The position numbers and the translations under genes were made by a program. A stretch of DNA of 64,000 bases from the NCBI RefSeq assembly GCF_026571515.1, contig NW_026858590.1, positions 1-64,000 on the forward strand, given 5' to 3'. The stretch is from Ruditapes philippinarum (lineage: Eukaryota). The notes beneath the pieces are model-generated. The model saw only the letters and a list, made by a program, of their open reading frames with translations, searched no databases and had not been told where the DNA came from. Every line of letters begins with the position of its first letter. Within the stretch, counting starts at the first letter, position 1. This document shows positions 39,179-53,300 of the stretch, in pieces.

Positions 39179-39994
39179 TTATATATACGGTTTCTTTTAA
39201 GTCATGAAGAAATTTCTTGTTTATAATAAAACGAATTGGCTGTATTACAAATTCAATTCAAGGACTCTTCTGAGCTTTCTCTACACAATATAATACACTT
39301 CTTCACTATATAAGATCAAAACCAAATCTTGCACATGTTGTTGAGACAAATTTAATCCCCATAGTACAGTTTATGAAATATCAACGTTTCTTTGGTCACA
39401 AATAATTTACATTTCAAACATTTGAAAATAAGTTCTTTGAAAGTCAGATGACACGGCGACATTGTCAAATTCCTTTGGGATGTTTGTATATAAACTCACA
39501 AAGTCAAAAGACACTAATTTGATAAGTTTCTGAAATTTCTCTTGCTAAAAAAAACAACATGTTTTGCAGATATTCCGAGAAAATGATAAGCTCCAAGGCA
39601 TAGACACCGACAGCAATCGTTTATGTATCAAGGAATTTTTTTTTCTTATACATTTTGTATTGCCTTGCTTTTGTATTTTGTAAAATATAAAAATTAGAAT
39701 TGAAGAGCCATTATAAACAGGATATAACCTAGATAAATAACGACAAGTTCACAACCAACAAGAATAACAACTGTTTAGTCCAATGATGCAAAAATTTAGT
39801 CATGTTAAAAAAAAAATCAATTTTACAAAGTTCATAATAGCTAGACCATACTTATCACATACGGGTACTTAATCTCAACGTTATATATATAATCGAAAGT
39901 GTTAAATATATTCTAAGATTACTAGGTAACAAGTATTGTCATTCATTTTCCTCTCATGATTCAGTGAAACAGGCAATAAATATGTATGAAATGC

Positions 39995-40350
39995 TAACAA
40001 GATAGTCCCATATAACACAAGATATTGTAATATAACTCAATATAATCCAATATAACACAAGATAATCCCATATAACAGAAGATTATCCCATACAAACAAT
40101 TAAATTCAATATAACACAAGGTAATCACATATAACACAATTTATAATTCAATATAACACAATATAATCCAATATAAAAAAGATAATCCCTATAAAACAAA
40201 ATAACCCCATATAACACATAAGAATCCTATATAACACAAGATAATCCCATACATCACAAGATAATTCAATATAACACAAAATAATCCAATATAAAACAAG
40301 ATAATCCATATAAACAAGACAATCACATATAACACAAGATAATCCTATAC
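39995..40350. repeat. 20-bp minisatellite (ATAACACAAGATAATCCCAT)n, ~17 degenerate copies
   Basis: Read directly. Confidence 0.92.
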
Positions 40351-41836
40351 AATTTTTTTCTAAACCAATCAGTAGGATCTACCGTCGTCATTATAACAAC
40401 TTGAATAGTGAAGAGAATTAACACTAAGTGGGACAAGCCACTATGGGGGAGAAGGCCGTTATATGAGAGGAATCATTTATAAGGCGAACGTTTCTAATAG
40501 ATACCATAGATATTGTCCGTTCGATATAGGTTCAGAGAAAATACAATTATTTCCGTAAATTTGTTGTCTATCTTTTGCGATAAACGAGTCTCAATTCTCG
40601 ACAATATCTTTATCTCCTTGTTATTTTGATAGAAAATATAGGATTTTATTTGTTTGAGAAATGATACTTGACCTCTACATTTATAAAGCAGGCAAATATT
40701 AATTGAATATTCCAGACAGATTGATTATTTACTGTAAGAACTTTAACAATGCCTAATCTTATAGTGTTGTTCTTGAAAGCAATTCATATTTTTAAAACTA
40801 GTTTTTCTCTCATATAACAATTCAAAGAACAAAACAGATAGTGTATTTAAACATATTAATGTATTTATTAAGGAAATTATGCACTACCTCCTTAAATGCA
40901 TGTTTGTGATTTTTTGTCACATAAAATATGGCTGGTTAATCTTTGCCTCAAATGTGTAAGAAAGACCTGACATACCCATGGAGACAAGAACGTTCAACAT
41001 CTTAAAGTCTACAACAATCATACTTATATAATATAATACTGCCATAACTATAAAACTAAAACTGTCTTAACTAATGTTTGCAAGCGCCGCCATTTTTTTG
41101 CATTGAAATATCATTCTTTTATATTCATTATTTTATTGAAACACGTAGTTAACTTCATAATTTTTTGCATATGTTGATTTATTACTTATTACAAGAAAAA
41201 AATCACATCTGTAAAAAATTAACATTTATCAGATCGCTTACTTCAGACCTCTCACTTTCGTAGCGAATGCGTTACCACTGGAGCGCAACCTGTCAGTGTG
41301 TCAGTGTGTATTAGTCGTGCATTTATTTATCCGTTTTATTTAACTATATTTTATTTTATTATGTAAACCCTTTTAATTATTTCTTTCCAGATATTGTTTC
41401 ATATCTTTTAGATACATTCGTGTACCATACAATTAGAACATTCTAGACTTTAATCTAGATGAAACAAAACATTTATTTGATCTTGATGAGTCACTTACAG
41501 CTGCATATTCTATATCAAACATTTTTAATTTCCATTATCACAGAACCAAACCTATTTGTCTAATGTTTTCTAACATTTTTGAGAGACATTTTCGAATGTC
41601 ATCAGATTATATGAATGCATGATACTATCATATACATTCAGCCATTCAAAAGCTCTTGTCTATTGCTATCATATTAGTATTGAACATCTGACATTTTGTT
41701 TGAAGAATAAAAAAAGTTGTTCTTTTAATCAAATATCGTATAGCGTTCTCTTAATATCTAAACAAAATAAATTGACAAATAGCCATACTCTCTCTTTCAA
41801 AAATAAATTCAAATATTATCTCAATATAGACTATCC

Positions 41837-44800
41837 TTTACAATTTTGTAAGAAAATATTTGCATTTCATTAAAAGCGGACATTAAGTACTTTTAGTTTA
41901 TCATTTGTGTTTTAGCATATTATTGAGAAAAAAGCAGTGAATTATGGCTAAGTAGTTTTTAGTGAAATAAGTTTTTTTTATTAATGACATTTAGCTATTC
42001 TGGACCCTAATATGAAAAAAAGCCAACTTGGATGTCTTTTCCGTTTTTTCAATTATTTAGCATTTTCGCTCGGAAAACAAAACTAACAAACGACAAAGTG
42101 ACCGTTTGTCTTGCTTTCCAGTCGACAAAGCCATTCCTTGTCGCGTGTTCCTGATTTGTGAGCACGACGAAAATATGTACGGCTCATGAAATATGATTGT
42201 GCCCTAAAACTGTGTTGTCTGCGTGCTTTCATGCCAGTGAGCAAAAAGTATAGGAAACAAACAAAGTACAAAAAATTCTCAGTTTATCGTGTTAACGACA
42301 ATTTAAACTCTTCCCAAAAACCGGCTTTTAAGACAATGCATAAATCAGTCATATAAGTTATCTATTTCATTTTAAGCATTATAATTAAGATGTATCTTAA
42401 CAGCAAATCTAAGATACCGGTACGTTGTCTTTGATGTTGAACTTATATGTAATATATACTAAAAAAATAATATTAAAACGAAATAAAAATGTTTATACTT
42501 TACCTTTTGTCTACAAACTTTTAAAAAAATTTAATGATCAAATCTTATGCAACAGGATTTAAACGAAAAACATCTTTTTCAAATAAAACAATATCACACT
42601 TTATGTTCCTGTTCATTTGTATACAAACGCTTTACTTGTTAAAATGAAAGACTGCTTTATGTTTTGTTCATATTTTCTTATCTTAACACTACCTTTAGAA
42701 TAGTAAATCCTTCTGTAATTGGAATAATTTCGCTAGATTTAGCAGATCATGTGACCAAGAAACATCTTATTCGCACGCGAACCTGTAATTGAAATGTGAT
42801 CGATTCATTTACAATGAAAGTAGAATTTCCTCTTGGTTTTAATCATCGACACATAAGTTAACTTTTAACAGCTTTCTTAATATATCTACATATAGCTGTC
42901 AACAGCCTTATATTGACTTAGATTCTAAAAAGAAAAATACTAGACGGAGCTGCACAGATTTTTTTGTGTGGAAAGTTTCTAGTTCATTTATGTTTTATTG
43001 TAACAGCAAAATTCTTCATGATTATCTGGTATCGAGACGCCGATTTATAACACGTTTTTGGTCATATCCCGGCCGTCAGACCACCTAAACGGTTTTCCTG
43101 GATAACCAACCAATAACAACCAATTTCTCCGAAAGTGACCGACTGCTAATACCATATGATTCTAAACCAGCGATACTAGTAAAGTGACCATTAGACTTAA
43201 TGTCCGAGAGAATTATCGCCTAGCACGAGAATCGAACCGTCGTCCTCTGAATGAAACAACATAAAGAACTTTAATAGACATTATATTTATTTTCTAGTGA
43301 AACGGGCAATTTTCCGCTCGTAAACAAATATTTTGATATTTTGATGAGTTATACGAATAAATCAATGTTGCCTTGTAACACTGTATCCATTTTTTTAGCA
43401 AATGTTTCCGCTTTATATATCATTTATGAAATTGTTTGATATTTGATAGTGTACTAAATTTGAAAGGAAAGTGCTAATGAAGTTCTTGACTTGATTTAAT
43501 GAAGTTCTTGACTTGATTTATTTTCTAGAAATCAATTGTATATGTTTTCAGGATAACAAACATATAGTTATATCCTTGAATATCTTCCAGCTAAACATTT
43601 AGAGAAATGTATGCTGCAATTCCTAAGAGGATACTGTTCTTTTATACCACTATATTTCTTCTTTGTGCTATTTAGCAAACTCGCAAATATTCAACAGCAC
43701 GATTTTGTGGTATTTTCGTAGGAATCAGTGAAAGATCCATTAACAATGAGTACCAAATTATTTTTTCATTAGAACAGATTTTTTTCAAATTTTACAGGAA
43801 TACATTGCCTCGTTAACGTGATATATAGTATATTGACATAAATATATGTATGCCGAAAGTTTCATATTAAAAATTTACAACCAACAATGAAAATAGTATA
43901 AGCTAAATGGTATTCAATTGGAAGCTCAAAACAGTATTTCTTAATGAAAAAGCTTTTTTGTATTTATTGTAATTGCAAAATTATTTAATAACAGCCGGTC
44001 TATAAAGATAATGAATTTTTAAGATATTTTCTTGTAACTCAATAAATCAATACAAAAATGTGTAAAAGGAAACATTATTGTGCAATTATGATATAATTCT
44101 TTATAAAAAAAGTATGAATACTTGAGATTGATTAAGCATTGATATTACCGATCTCGTTGATAACAAAAATGCTCAAATGATACTGTACGTAGTGTATATA
44201 ACGTCTCTTTGATCACTTAATCAATGATATAGGCATATAGATGACAATATTAGGAACTATGTGTTGTTTTTCAATCTTGTGTTCCGAACAAGACATAAAG
44301 CAATTAAATTTCAAATGCCTTGCAATTTAGTTTATAGATACTAGATGTAAACATTTTTAAAGGCCTATTATGCCTAAGAAATGCTTTACAATTTTGTAAG
44401 AAAATATTTGCATTTCATTAAAAGCGGACATGAAATACTTTTAGTTTATCATTTGTGTTTTAGCATATTATTGAGAAAAAAAGCAGTGTATTATGGCTAA
44501 GTAGTTTTTTGTGAAATAAGTTGATGTTTATTAATGACATTTAGCTATTCTGGACCCTAATATGAAAAAAGCCAACTTGAATGTCTTTTCCGTTTTGTCA
44601 ATTATTTAGCATTTTCGCTCGGAAAGCAAAACTAACAATCGACAAAGTGACCATTTGTCGTGCTTTCCAGTCGACAAAGCCATTCCTTGTCGCGTGCTTC
44701 TGATTTGTGAGCACGACGAAGATACGTACGGCTCGTGAAATATGATTTTTCCCTAAAACTGTGTTGTCTGCGTGCTTTCATGCCATTGAGCAAAAAGTAT

Positions 44801-46926
44801 AGGAAACAAACAAAGTACAAAAAAATCTCAGTTTATCGTGTTTACGAGATTTTAACTCTTCACCAAAAGACCGGCTTATAAGACATTGCATAAATCAGTC
44901 ATATGAGTTATCTATTTTATTTTTAAACTTTAGAATAAAAATATATCTTGCTTAGCAGCAAATCTAATAAGATACCGGTACATTGTCTTTGAATTTGAAC
45001 TTAGAATATACATATATATTAAAATAAAATAAAAGAAATATTGAAATGAAATAAAAATGTTTATACTTTACCTTTTGTCTACAAACTTTTAAAAAAAAAA
45101 ATTAATGATCAAATCTTATACAACAGGATTTAAACGAAAAAAATCTTTTTCAAATAAAACAATATCACACTTAATGTTCCTGTTCATTTGTATACAAACG
45201 CTTTACTTGTTAAAATGAAAGAAAGCTTTATGTTTTGTTCACATCTTCTTATCTTAACACTACCTTTAGAATAGTAAATCCTTCTGTAATTGGAATAATT
45301 TCGCTAGATTTAACCGATCATGTGACCAAGAAACATCTTATTCGCACGCGAACCTGTAATTGAAATGTGATCGATTCATTTACAATGAAAGTAGAATTTC
45401 CTCTTGGTTTTAATCATCGACACATAAGTTAACTTTTAACAGCTTTCTTAATATATCTACATATAGCTGTCAACAATCTTATATTGACTTAGATTCTAAA
45501 AAGAAAAGTACTAGACGGCGCTGCACAGATTTTTTGTGGAATGTTTCTAGTTCATTTATTGTTTTATTGTAACAGCAAAATTCTTCATGATGATCTGGTA
45601 TCGAGACGCCGATTTATAACACGTTTTTTCATATCCCGGCCGTCAGACCACCTAAACGGTTTTCCTGGATAACTAACCAATAGCAACCAATTTCTCCGAG
45701 ATACTAGACAAGTGACCATTAGACTTAATGTTCCTAGCACGAGAATCGAACCATCGACTCTGATGATGAAACATCACTAAGAATAAGTATATAACACTTT
45801 AATAGACATTATATCTATTTTCTAGTGAAACGGGTAATTTTATTTTCGTAACAATGATGTTGATGAGTTATACGAGTAAGTAAATATTTGTTGCTTCGTA
45901 ACAATATATCCATTTTTTTAGCAAATGTTTTCGCTTGATCTCTCATTTATGAAATTGTTTGATATTTGATAGTGTACTAAATTTGAAAGGAAACTGCTAA
46001 ATGAAGTTCTTGACGTGATTCATTTTCTGAAAATCAATTGTATATGTTTTCAGGATAACAAACATATAGTTATATCCTTGAAAATCTTCCAGCTAAACAT
46101 TTAGAGAAATGTATGCTGCAATTCCTAAGAGGAAACTGTTCATGAAGCCATTTTCTGTTACAAAACATTCCTTTTATACCGCTATATTTCTTCTTTGTGC
46201 TATTTAGCAAACTCGCAAATATTCAACAGTACGATTTTGTGGTATTTTCGTAGGAATCAGTGAAAGGTTCATTAACAATGAGTACCAAATTATTTTTTCA
46301 TTAGAACAGATTTTTTTAAATTATACAGAAATACATTGCCTCGTTAACATGATATATAGTATAGTGGCATAAATATATGTATGGCGGAGGTTTCATATTA
46401 AAAATTCAAACCTGCAATGAAAATAATATAAGCTACATGTATTCAATTGGAAGTTCAAAACAGTATTTCTTAATGGAAAAGCTTTTTTGTATTTACTTTA
46501 ATTGCAAAATTATTTAATCATAGACGGTCTATAAAGATAATGACTTTTTAAGATATTTTCTTGTAACTCAGTAAATCAATACAAAAATGTGTAAAAAGGA
46601 AACATTATTGTGCAATTATGATATAATTCTCTCTAAAAAAAGTATGAATACTTGAGATTGATTAAGCATTAATATTACCGATCTCGTTGATAACAAATCA
46701 TATCAATCAAATGATACTGAACGTAGTGTATATAATGTCTCTTTGATCACTTTATCAATGATATAGGCATATAGATGACAATATTAGGAACTATGTGTTT
46801 TTTTTTCAATCTCGTGTTCCGAACAAGACATAAAACATTTACATTTCAAATACCCTGCAATATAAATTATAGATACTAGATGTAAGTAAACATTTTTAAA
46901 GGCCAATTATGCCTTAGAATTGCTTT
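41837..46926. repeat. Direct tandem duplication, period ~2548 bp, two copies
   Basis: TTTACAATTTTGTAAGAAAATATTTGCATTTCATTAAAAGCGGACA at 41837 and 44385. Colinear and roughly 90% identical to the end of each copy. Confidence 0.96.
43025..43250 (-). mobile_element. Decayed tRNA-derived SINE; duplicated copy at ~45595-45765
   Basis: B box GGTTCGATTC on the minus strand (43229-43238). The body resembles bivalve SINEs as recalled from memory. Confidence 0.6.
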
Positions 46927-48174
46927 TGAGTTAAGTTCATCCAAGCTTCTTACTTTTGTAGTCCCGTTATAGTTTTCTAGAAGCTAATAGGCCAATTACC
47001 TGAACAATCATTTGCTTCTGTTGCGTTTTAGAAATTAGTAAAATATATTTATTAAGTATTTTGTATGGAAGTCAAAATACTACTCTGTTTACATTTTGTT
47101 ACATTTATTACAAATAATTTTATATTCAGCACCTTCTTTCTTCATGTGATAAGCATGTATCATGCTCGAAAACCATTATTTAAAGCTAAAACTCATGTCT
47201 GCCTCTTTAAAGAGAGAAAACCAAAATGTTTCTGAGGCATAATGTGCTTTTAAAAAGAAAATGCTTATAGAACTTTTTGAAGTTGTATCATGAAAAAGAA
47301 TCGTGTCCGAAATAAGTTTAATACATTGATTGAAAAATGTTGTATATTCAAATAATAGTCTCTTTACTATTTCAATAAAGTTTAAGATAATATCCAAAAA
47401 GAAATAATATAAATATTACACCCAAAGATAACATCATATTTAAGTATAAACGAAATAACCATAGTATTACATATACAATCATGTATATATACTATTGCTA
47501 ATAATATAAATCTTAAGATGATTATTTAAACGTTTTTCTCAGTTTGTTAAAAACATTATTTTAGTCCATACAATCATGTATAAACAGATTATTTCATATT
47601 TTTATTGAAATCAAAACAATCGTTCCAGATGTAAAATGGTAATGAAACGTTTCAAAAAGGTTGAAGGCTTATTGACTGAATATGGCATTACTTTCAATAA
47701 AATATATAAATTGATTATTTGATTAAGAACAAATAAAGTGTACTACAGTATATTAATATGCAGAATTAAAATAAATTATAAAATAATACTTATTGTTATT
47801 TGTGTAATAACAAATTTTAGTGTTCTTCAGTATATTATGTAGAATGGAAACAAATTATACAATAGCGCTTATTTTTAGGCACGGACGTCATAATATTATC
47901 ATTATCTGCATCGTTTTGTAAACAAAGCTGGCGAATTTCATTGAATATACGTGCATGTAATATATTCATTAAAATAAACCAATGCTGAATCTAATAACTA
48001 TTCCTTTTAAATGACAGAAATTTCTTTGTAGATGTTGATCTTTAAAAGAATGATAATATCTTGTCAATTAGGGTATCCTAACAAAATGTGTTGGGTGCTT
48101 TTCAAACATTAAAAGTTGATTGATTGGTTCATTGCTACACATGTACAACCAAGCATTATTATGTCCTGTCTCAG

Positions 48175-48219
48175 AGAATTCAGATTTTTCTCCATAAAAA
48201 TCATTGATTCCACTTGCAG
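48175..48219 (+). other. Candidate 45-nt exon of a plus-strand transcript
   Basis: tatgtcctgtctcag| ... TTGCAG|gtaagtc, a perfect donor consensus. Only one frame is open (EFRFFSIKIIDSTC). No partner exon identified. Confidence 0.25.
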
Positions 48220-50283
48220 GTAAGTCTTTTTTCTTTTTTATTCAAATTTATGTAATCCAAAATCCAAGTATCTTTACATTTGATTGCAATTATTTTAAAG
48301 GTATATGCCCACTTTTTGACTCCGACACTCTAATACATTTTTATCTAACGATATCCTAACCATCAGCAGTCGAAATTAGGAAATCAATCATTGACAAAAA
48401 TGTTTCTTTAAGGCTGTTGCGGTTAATTTAAAAGGTTAATGCACATAATTTTTCTCGATTGAACAATTTCTGTCTGAATAATTTGTCACACGAACAACCT
48501 CTGGGCAAAAACTCAGAACGTTATGGCAGACAGTTCAATAGAGAGATTAATTGTTTATTAGATTAAATCTTAAATGGATTGATATGCTGTATTTATGATG
48601 TGAACAAAATCAATGCCGATTTTAACTGACAATCGGAAACATCATGCGCACAATTTTCAGTGAGGAAACAACAACAAACAGGTACACTTTTTTTTGAAAA
48701 TATAAACGAAAACATAGAATGGAATTTTTAATACTGATAAGATTGTGACAGATTTTAAGATAATGTAGGTTTTCAATTCAATTGATACTAGCAATTTGGT
48801 CTTCTAATGCAACTCAATATGATATTTAAGCAATTGAGTTTTGCACGCACTTTTCATGTCTGTCATGTCATGCTTGACAGTTGGTCCTAAAGGAAATTCC
48901 TAAAATAGAAGTGGTTGAATCTGCTCAATATGCAGTACAACTTTCTATGAATAAAGAAGAAGAAAATGAAATGTTAATCGGATAAACAAACCAAACCTTA
49001 ATCATAAAACCGCTTATACTAAAATAAATACATTAACAGTGATCAAACTAGCTACGAAGACAGAGCCTTTAATAACTTAAATGTCCAGCAACCTTCTTTT
49101 TGGCGTAATAACATAAGATTTATTACGCTTTATAAATAAACATAACAGAATGTATTGCTTCATAACCTCATTTTCATATGGATTTACATATCTACAAATG
49201 GTAACATCTTACATGTTTTTTGTTTTTTAAACAAAAATGCGGCTAATGTTTCTCGGTTAGAAGAACAAGAGTGTCATAAACGAGAGTACAATTGGCTGAA
49301 CAAAATCGGAACTCTACGATAAATCAGCGGTAATGAAGCTTGAGTATAACAGACAGTTGTCAAAAGACAAAAAAGTCGTGATTTACTGAGAGCAGGCGCT
49401 ATTTGGTTCAATTACACTGTTATTTCCTTATTCGATAGCTAAGCAAGCTTGCAAAGGCTTAAGCAATGAGAGAACACGTTTACTAGACAGTTGAGACTTT
49501 TCTCTCAATACAATTTCAACTATTAAAGTATGCCAAAGGCATGTAATTTTTGACAAACATATTTTTAAAAATGCTATATGTTCCGAAGTGACCTTAATGA
49601 GTTATGTTTGAAATATCAATAGCTTTATTCTTTTTTTGACCATAAGTTTATGCACCCACTGAACTAAAATGAAAAACAAATGTTGTTTTAATTTGTAATC
49701 AAAAGAAAACACAGCATTCTCTCCAAATCAACCAAGAAGTCAATTGTGTTTTACGTTTTTTACCCAAAGACTGGAAGCATACTTTTGAGTTATTCAAAGA
49801 ATATATCTATTGGCCCATTATGACATGAATATAGTATAGATTTCTGTAAAGTTAACTGTTTTTCTTCATATTTTTTAATATCACAGTATTAATTTAATAA
49901 TGATATACTAGTAGTCATTGATTTGAGCGTTCACATAACATAAGTCACAACTTGAACATCAAACAGTCAATTTATGACCTTTCATTTGCAAAGATCAGGA
50001 TCAAGCACCTGAAATGTACATTTAAACCTGCGCTACAAACTTCATATTCGGAAATTTGAGTTGCGCGTTTAATAAGTTTTTTTATCACATAAACCGCGGC
50101 GCAGGAGTGTAATAAAGCCATATAATAATCAAAGCACAGAAAGGTGAAGGTTGTGAGATTATAAACCAATTTGTTTTTGTATAGTGCCACTTATGCTGTT
50201 TCCAGTGTTATAACTGTAGTAAATTGGCTACAAGGCCAATCACTGATATTCAATTCAATTTTTATTTGGCTTAAAAAAGGAGT

Positions 50284-50352
50284 TGCCATAACATGGATTT
50301 GAACTCCAAACCTCTCGCTTCACAGACGAGCGTGTAACTCCTCGACCACGGT
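50284..50352 (-). pseudogene. tRNA-like (His GTG anticodon) degenerate sequence, probably within a transposon relic ending GCGACCTCCCC|TTAA at 50620
   Basis: Anticodon arm CTCGT-CTGTGAA-GCGAG, B-box-like GAGTTCAAATCC, imperfect acceptor and T stems. Confidence 0.5.
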
Positions 50353-53300
50353 GAAGTTATAAGGAAACAGCCTGAAGAAAACCATGTTATTTCAAATTAG
50401 GGTTTGTAACCCTTATTAATTTCGAGATATTTTGTTCAAGGTAAACCTGTTGTTTAACACTGATGTAAATGATCATGGAGATTAATATAAGCATGTATAT
50501 CTGTAAAGAATAACACAATATTAGAAATCTTCGACCCATCAGGAACTATTCTTTCTTCCCCGAGAAGGCTTGAAAATTAATGCGCCTGTCATTTCACAAT
50601 ATTTACGCAGCGACCTCCCCTTAATTTTTCGGCGTTAGTGTACTTATAAAGGGAAGTCACCGTTTCGAGCAGTTTAGACTACTTGCTGATTTTGCAAATA
50701 AGCACATCAGGGTCTGAAATTTCGCTACCATTTCTTGTTTGGTCTGACGACCCAAACAAATAAAAACGATATTACACTAGACGATAAGTTAAAGCGCGCT
50801 AATGTTAGCGTAACATAATTGAAATTTCGCTTTGAAACATGATAGTAGACAGATAATATTCTTGATAATAGCTCTTTTCTTCAAACCATTTGAATGTATT
50901 CTGACATTCTTTGTTCAAAGATTCAGAATCGCATTAGTTCCTCAGTAATTGCCTTCTAATTTTAAATATTCTAGCAAAACTCTTTGACTTGTATATTTCA
51001 CGAACGTTTTGGAGGAATACTAAACGTGAAGGTCAATTTTGATAACAAGTCACGTCTATCTTAATCAGTCAGAAATTCTCAATTCACATAGATATCTAAT
51101 ATATATCTCTCAATCAATAATGAATGCATAAAAGTCATTAATCAATCATCATACGATATTTGCACAGGACGTCCTCCGTTTAAATTGACATACTGTGTCA
51201 AATTAGAGTTTTATTTTAGAATAATTATTGACGTCAATGAGAGAGTGACCAGTAAACGTGACTATCCATTTTTGATTTTGATCTTTGTGCTCACATATTA
51301 TTGTAATACTTATATGTATAAATAAAAAACATATTTGTTGACCAAAAAAGAATCATTTGCTTCTGTTGCTGTATTATCAATTGGTATAATCATAGTGAAT
51401 AAGAATTTTGTAAGGAAGTCAAAAAGCTACTTTGTTTTACATTTACTACCTTTATGACACAAAACAGCACGTTCAACGCTACTTTCTATAGTTGTTAAAC
51501 ATCTAACATGCTCTAAATCCATTATTAAAACATTTTAAACGCATGTTTTATATTTTTAAAGAATTTTTTTTTAAATTTGGATTTCATAATGTACGTTTAA
51601 TGTGTTAGATTAAATGCTTCTTGTAAACATCGATCTTTTCAGTTATAATGGACAAGCTGTGTCTGCTTCTTTTGTCTATAGAAAACACACAAATACGCCT
51701 CTTTTAAACTGTAATAATAAAATAATCATAGTATTCAGCAATGTTGTTATATCTCGAAATTACAGCACTAAGTCCTGATGTGCCGTATTATAGAAATTTA
51801 TCTCCGAACACACTCTTAGTGATGATGAATAATGATTGCTATTTTCCTACTTGTTCACACCAATTTTCCTTCAAGACATGTTTTGTTACGTAAGAAGATT
51901 TTGATTAGAATAGCGGTTACAGATTCTGCACAGTATTCCAATTTAAACAATTTGACATGATTTTGATAAATTTGAGTGATTATATGTTGTATGATAATGT
52001 ATTTTTTAAAGTTTCTGTTATGTTTTATAATATATATAGACAACCATGTATTTTCATGACATGTTTTCATGTCCATCTCAAATTATTTTACTTGTTTTTT
52101 GATAAATCGACTGAAATATGTATATATCTTTTTTCCATTATAAACATTTACATTCTAAACTATGTTGTACTTTAATGGTCTATTTGCCTACGGAAAAATA
52201 TTCATCAATCATGCAAATACGGTATAATATGCAAATGTAATTTCATATGCTAATATTTGTACAGAGATTTACATGCACATTGGCATAAGTTGATACATTA
52301 AGACATTTTTAAAGGCCCGTTATGCTTCAGAAATGCTTTAAATTCATTTTTTATTTCGCAAAATCATTATAATTTTGGTGTCTTGTTATAAGATTCCAAA
52401 ATGTCACTGATTGGCCAATTGCCGGAACTATCGCTTGCTACTTTTCTGCAATTAGTACAGTTACAGTTATTTAGCATTTTGTATGGAAGTCAAAATACCG
52501 CTTGCTTTGTTTACATATTGCTATACTTTCACACTCAGCGCTTACTTTCTTCAGGTGATAAGTATTTAACATGCTCTAAATCCATTATTTACACATTATA
52601 AACCAATGTTCGCTCTTTTTAAAGAAAGCAAAATTATTAGTGTCTGGGGTAAAATGTGCCTTTAAATGTAAATATTACCTTAAAACCGTAAATCAATTAT
52701 GCCCCAGTTGTATCACATACATATAACGCTGAAATATGTTGTGTTAAATCTTACCAGCAAAGGAAGAATGATATCGGCATAATTAAAGCAAATCATTAAA
52801 GGTTATAAAAAGGTTTTATATTTTCAAATAACATACTACGAGGATGGTCAAACTACTACCATGCTCTGCGTTTTTGAAGTTGAAATAATGAGATGGAAGC
52901 GAATATGTTTTGTTTTAAGAATAGAAACACCTTTTTTGAATTGAATAAGATTTTTGTAATGGTATTGCGCAAATTTAAGTACATTATTTCTAAACAAAAC
53001 CTGTTATTTATTTGTTTATTGTATAATTAAATGATAATTACATGTAGAGAAATAGTAACTAAAAGTATAATAAAGAGCTTATTTCCCGACAAAAATACAA
53101 CAACAACAACAACAACAAAAAACCAAAATGCACTTTGAATTTATAATGACATCTTTAAAACAATGTTCTCAATTATAATTTGCTTTTTATCAAATGAAAG
53201 CTCTTTTATCAAGTAGAGTTTTCTTTCTTTTTCAAAAGATAATGATGATTAGTTTTGTAATTTTGTTATTTAGTCTTGATATTTTAATATTACTTTGTAG

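Noticed and set aside
42083-44820. Twin 62-aa ORFs MYFVCFLYFLL...
   Set aside because: They result from the 2.55-kb duplication, start at TTG, show many amino-acid differences between copies and have no recognisable domain.
50284-50352. Functional tRNA-His gene
   Set aside because: Acceptor and T stems are mispaired, and the context resembles a transposon relic.
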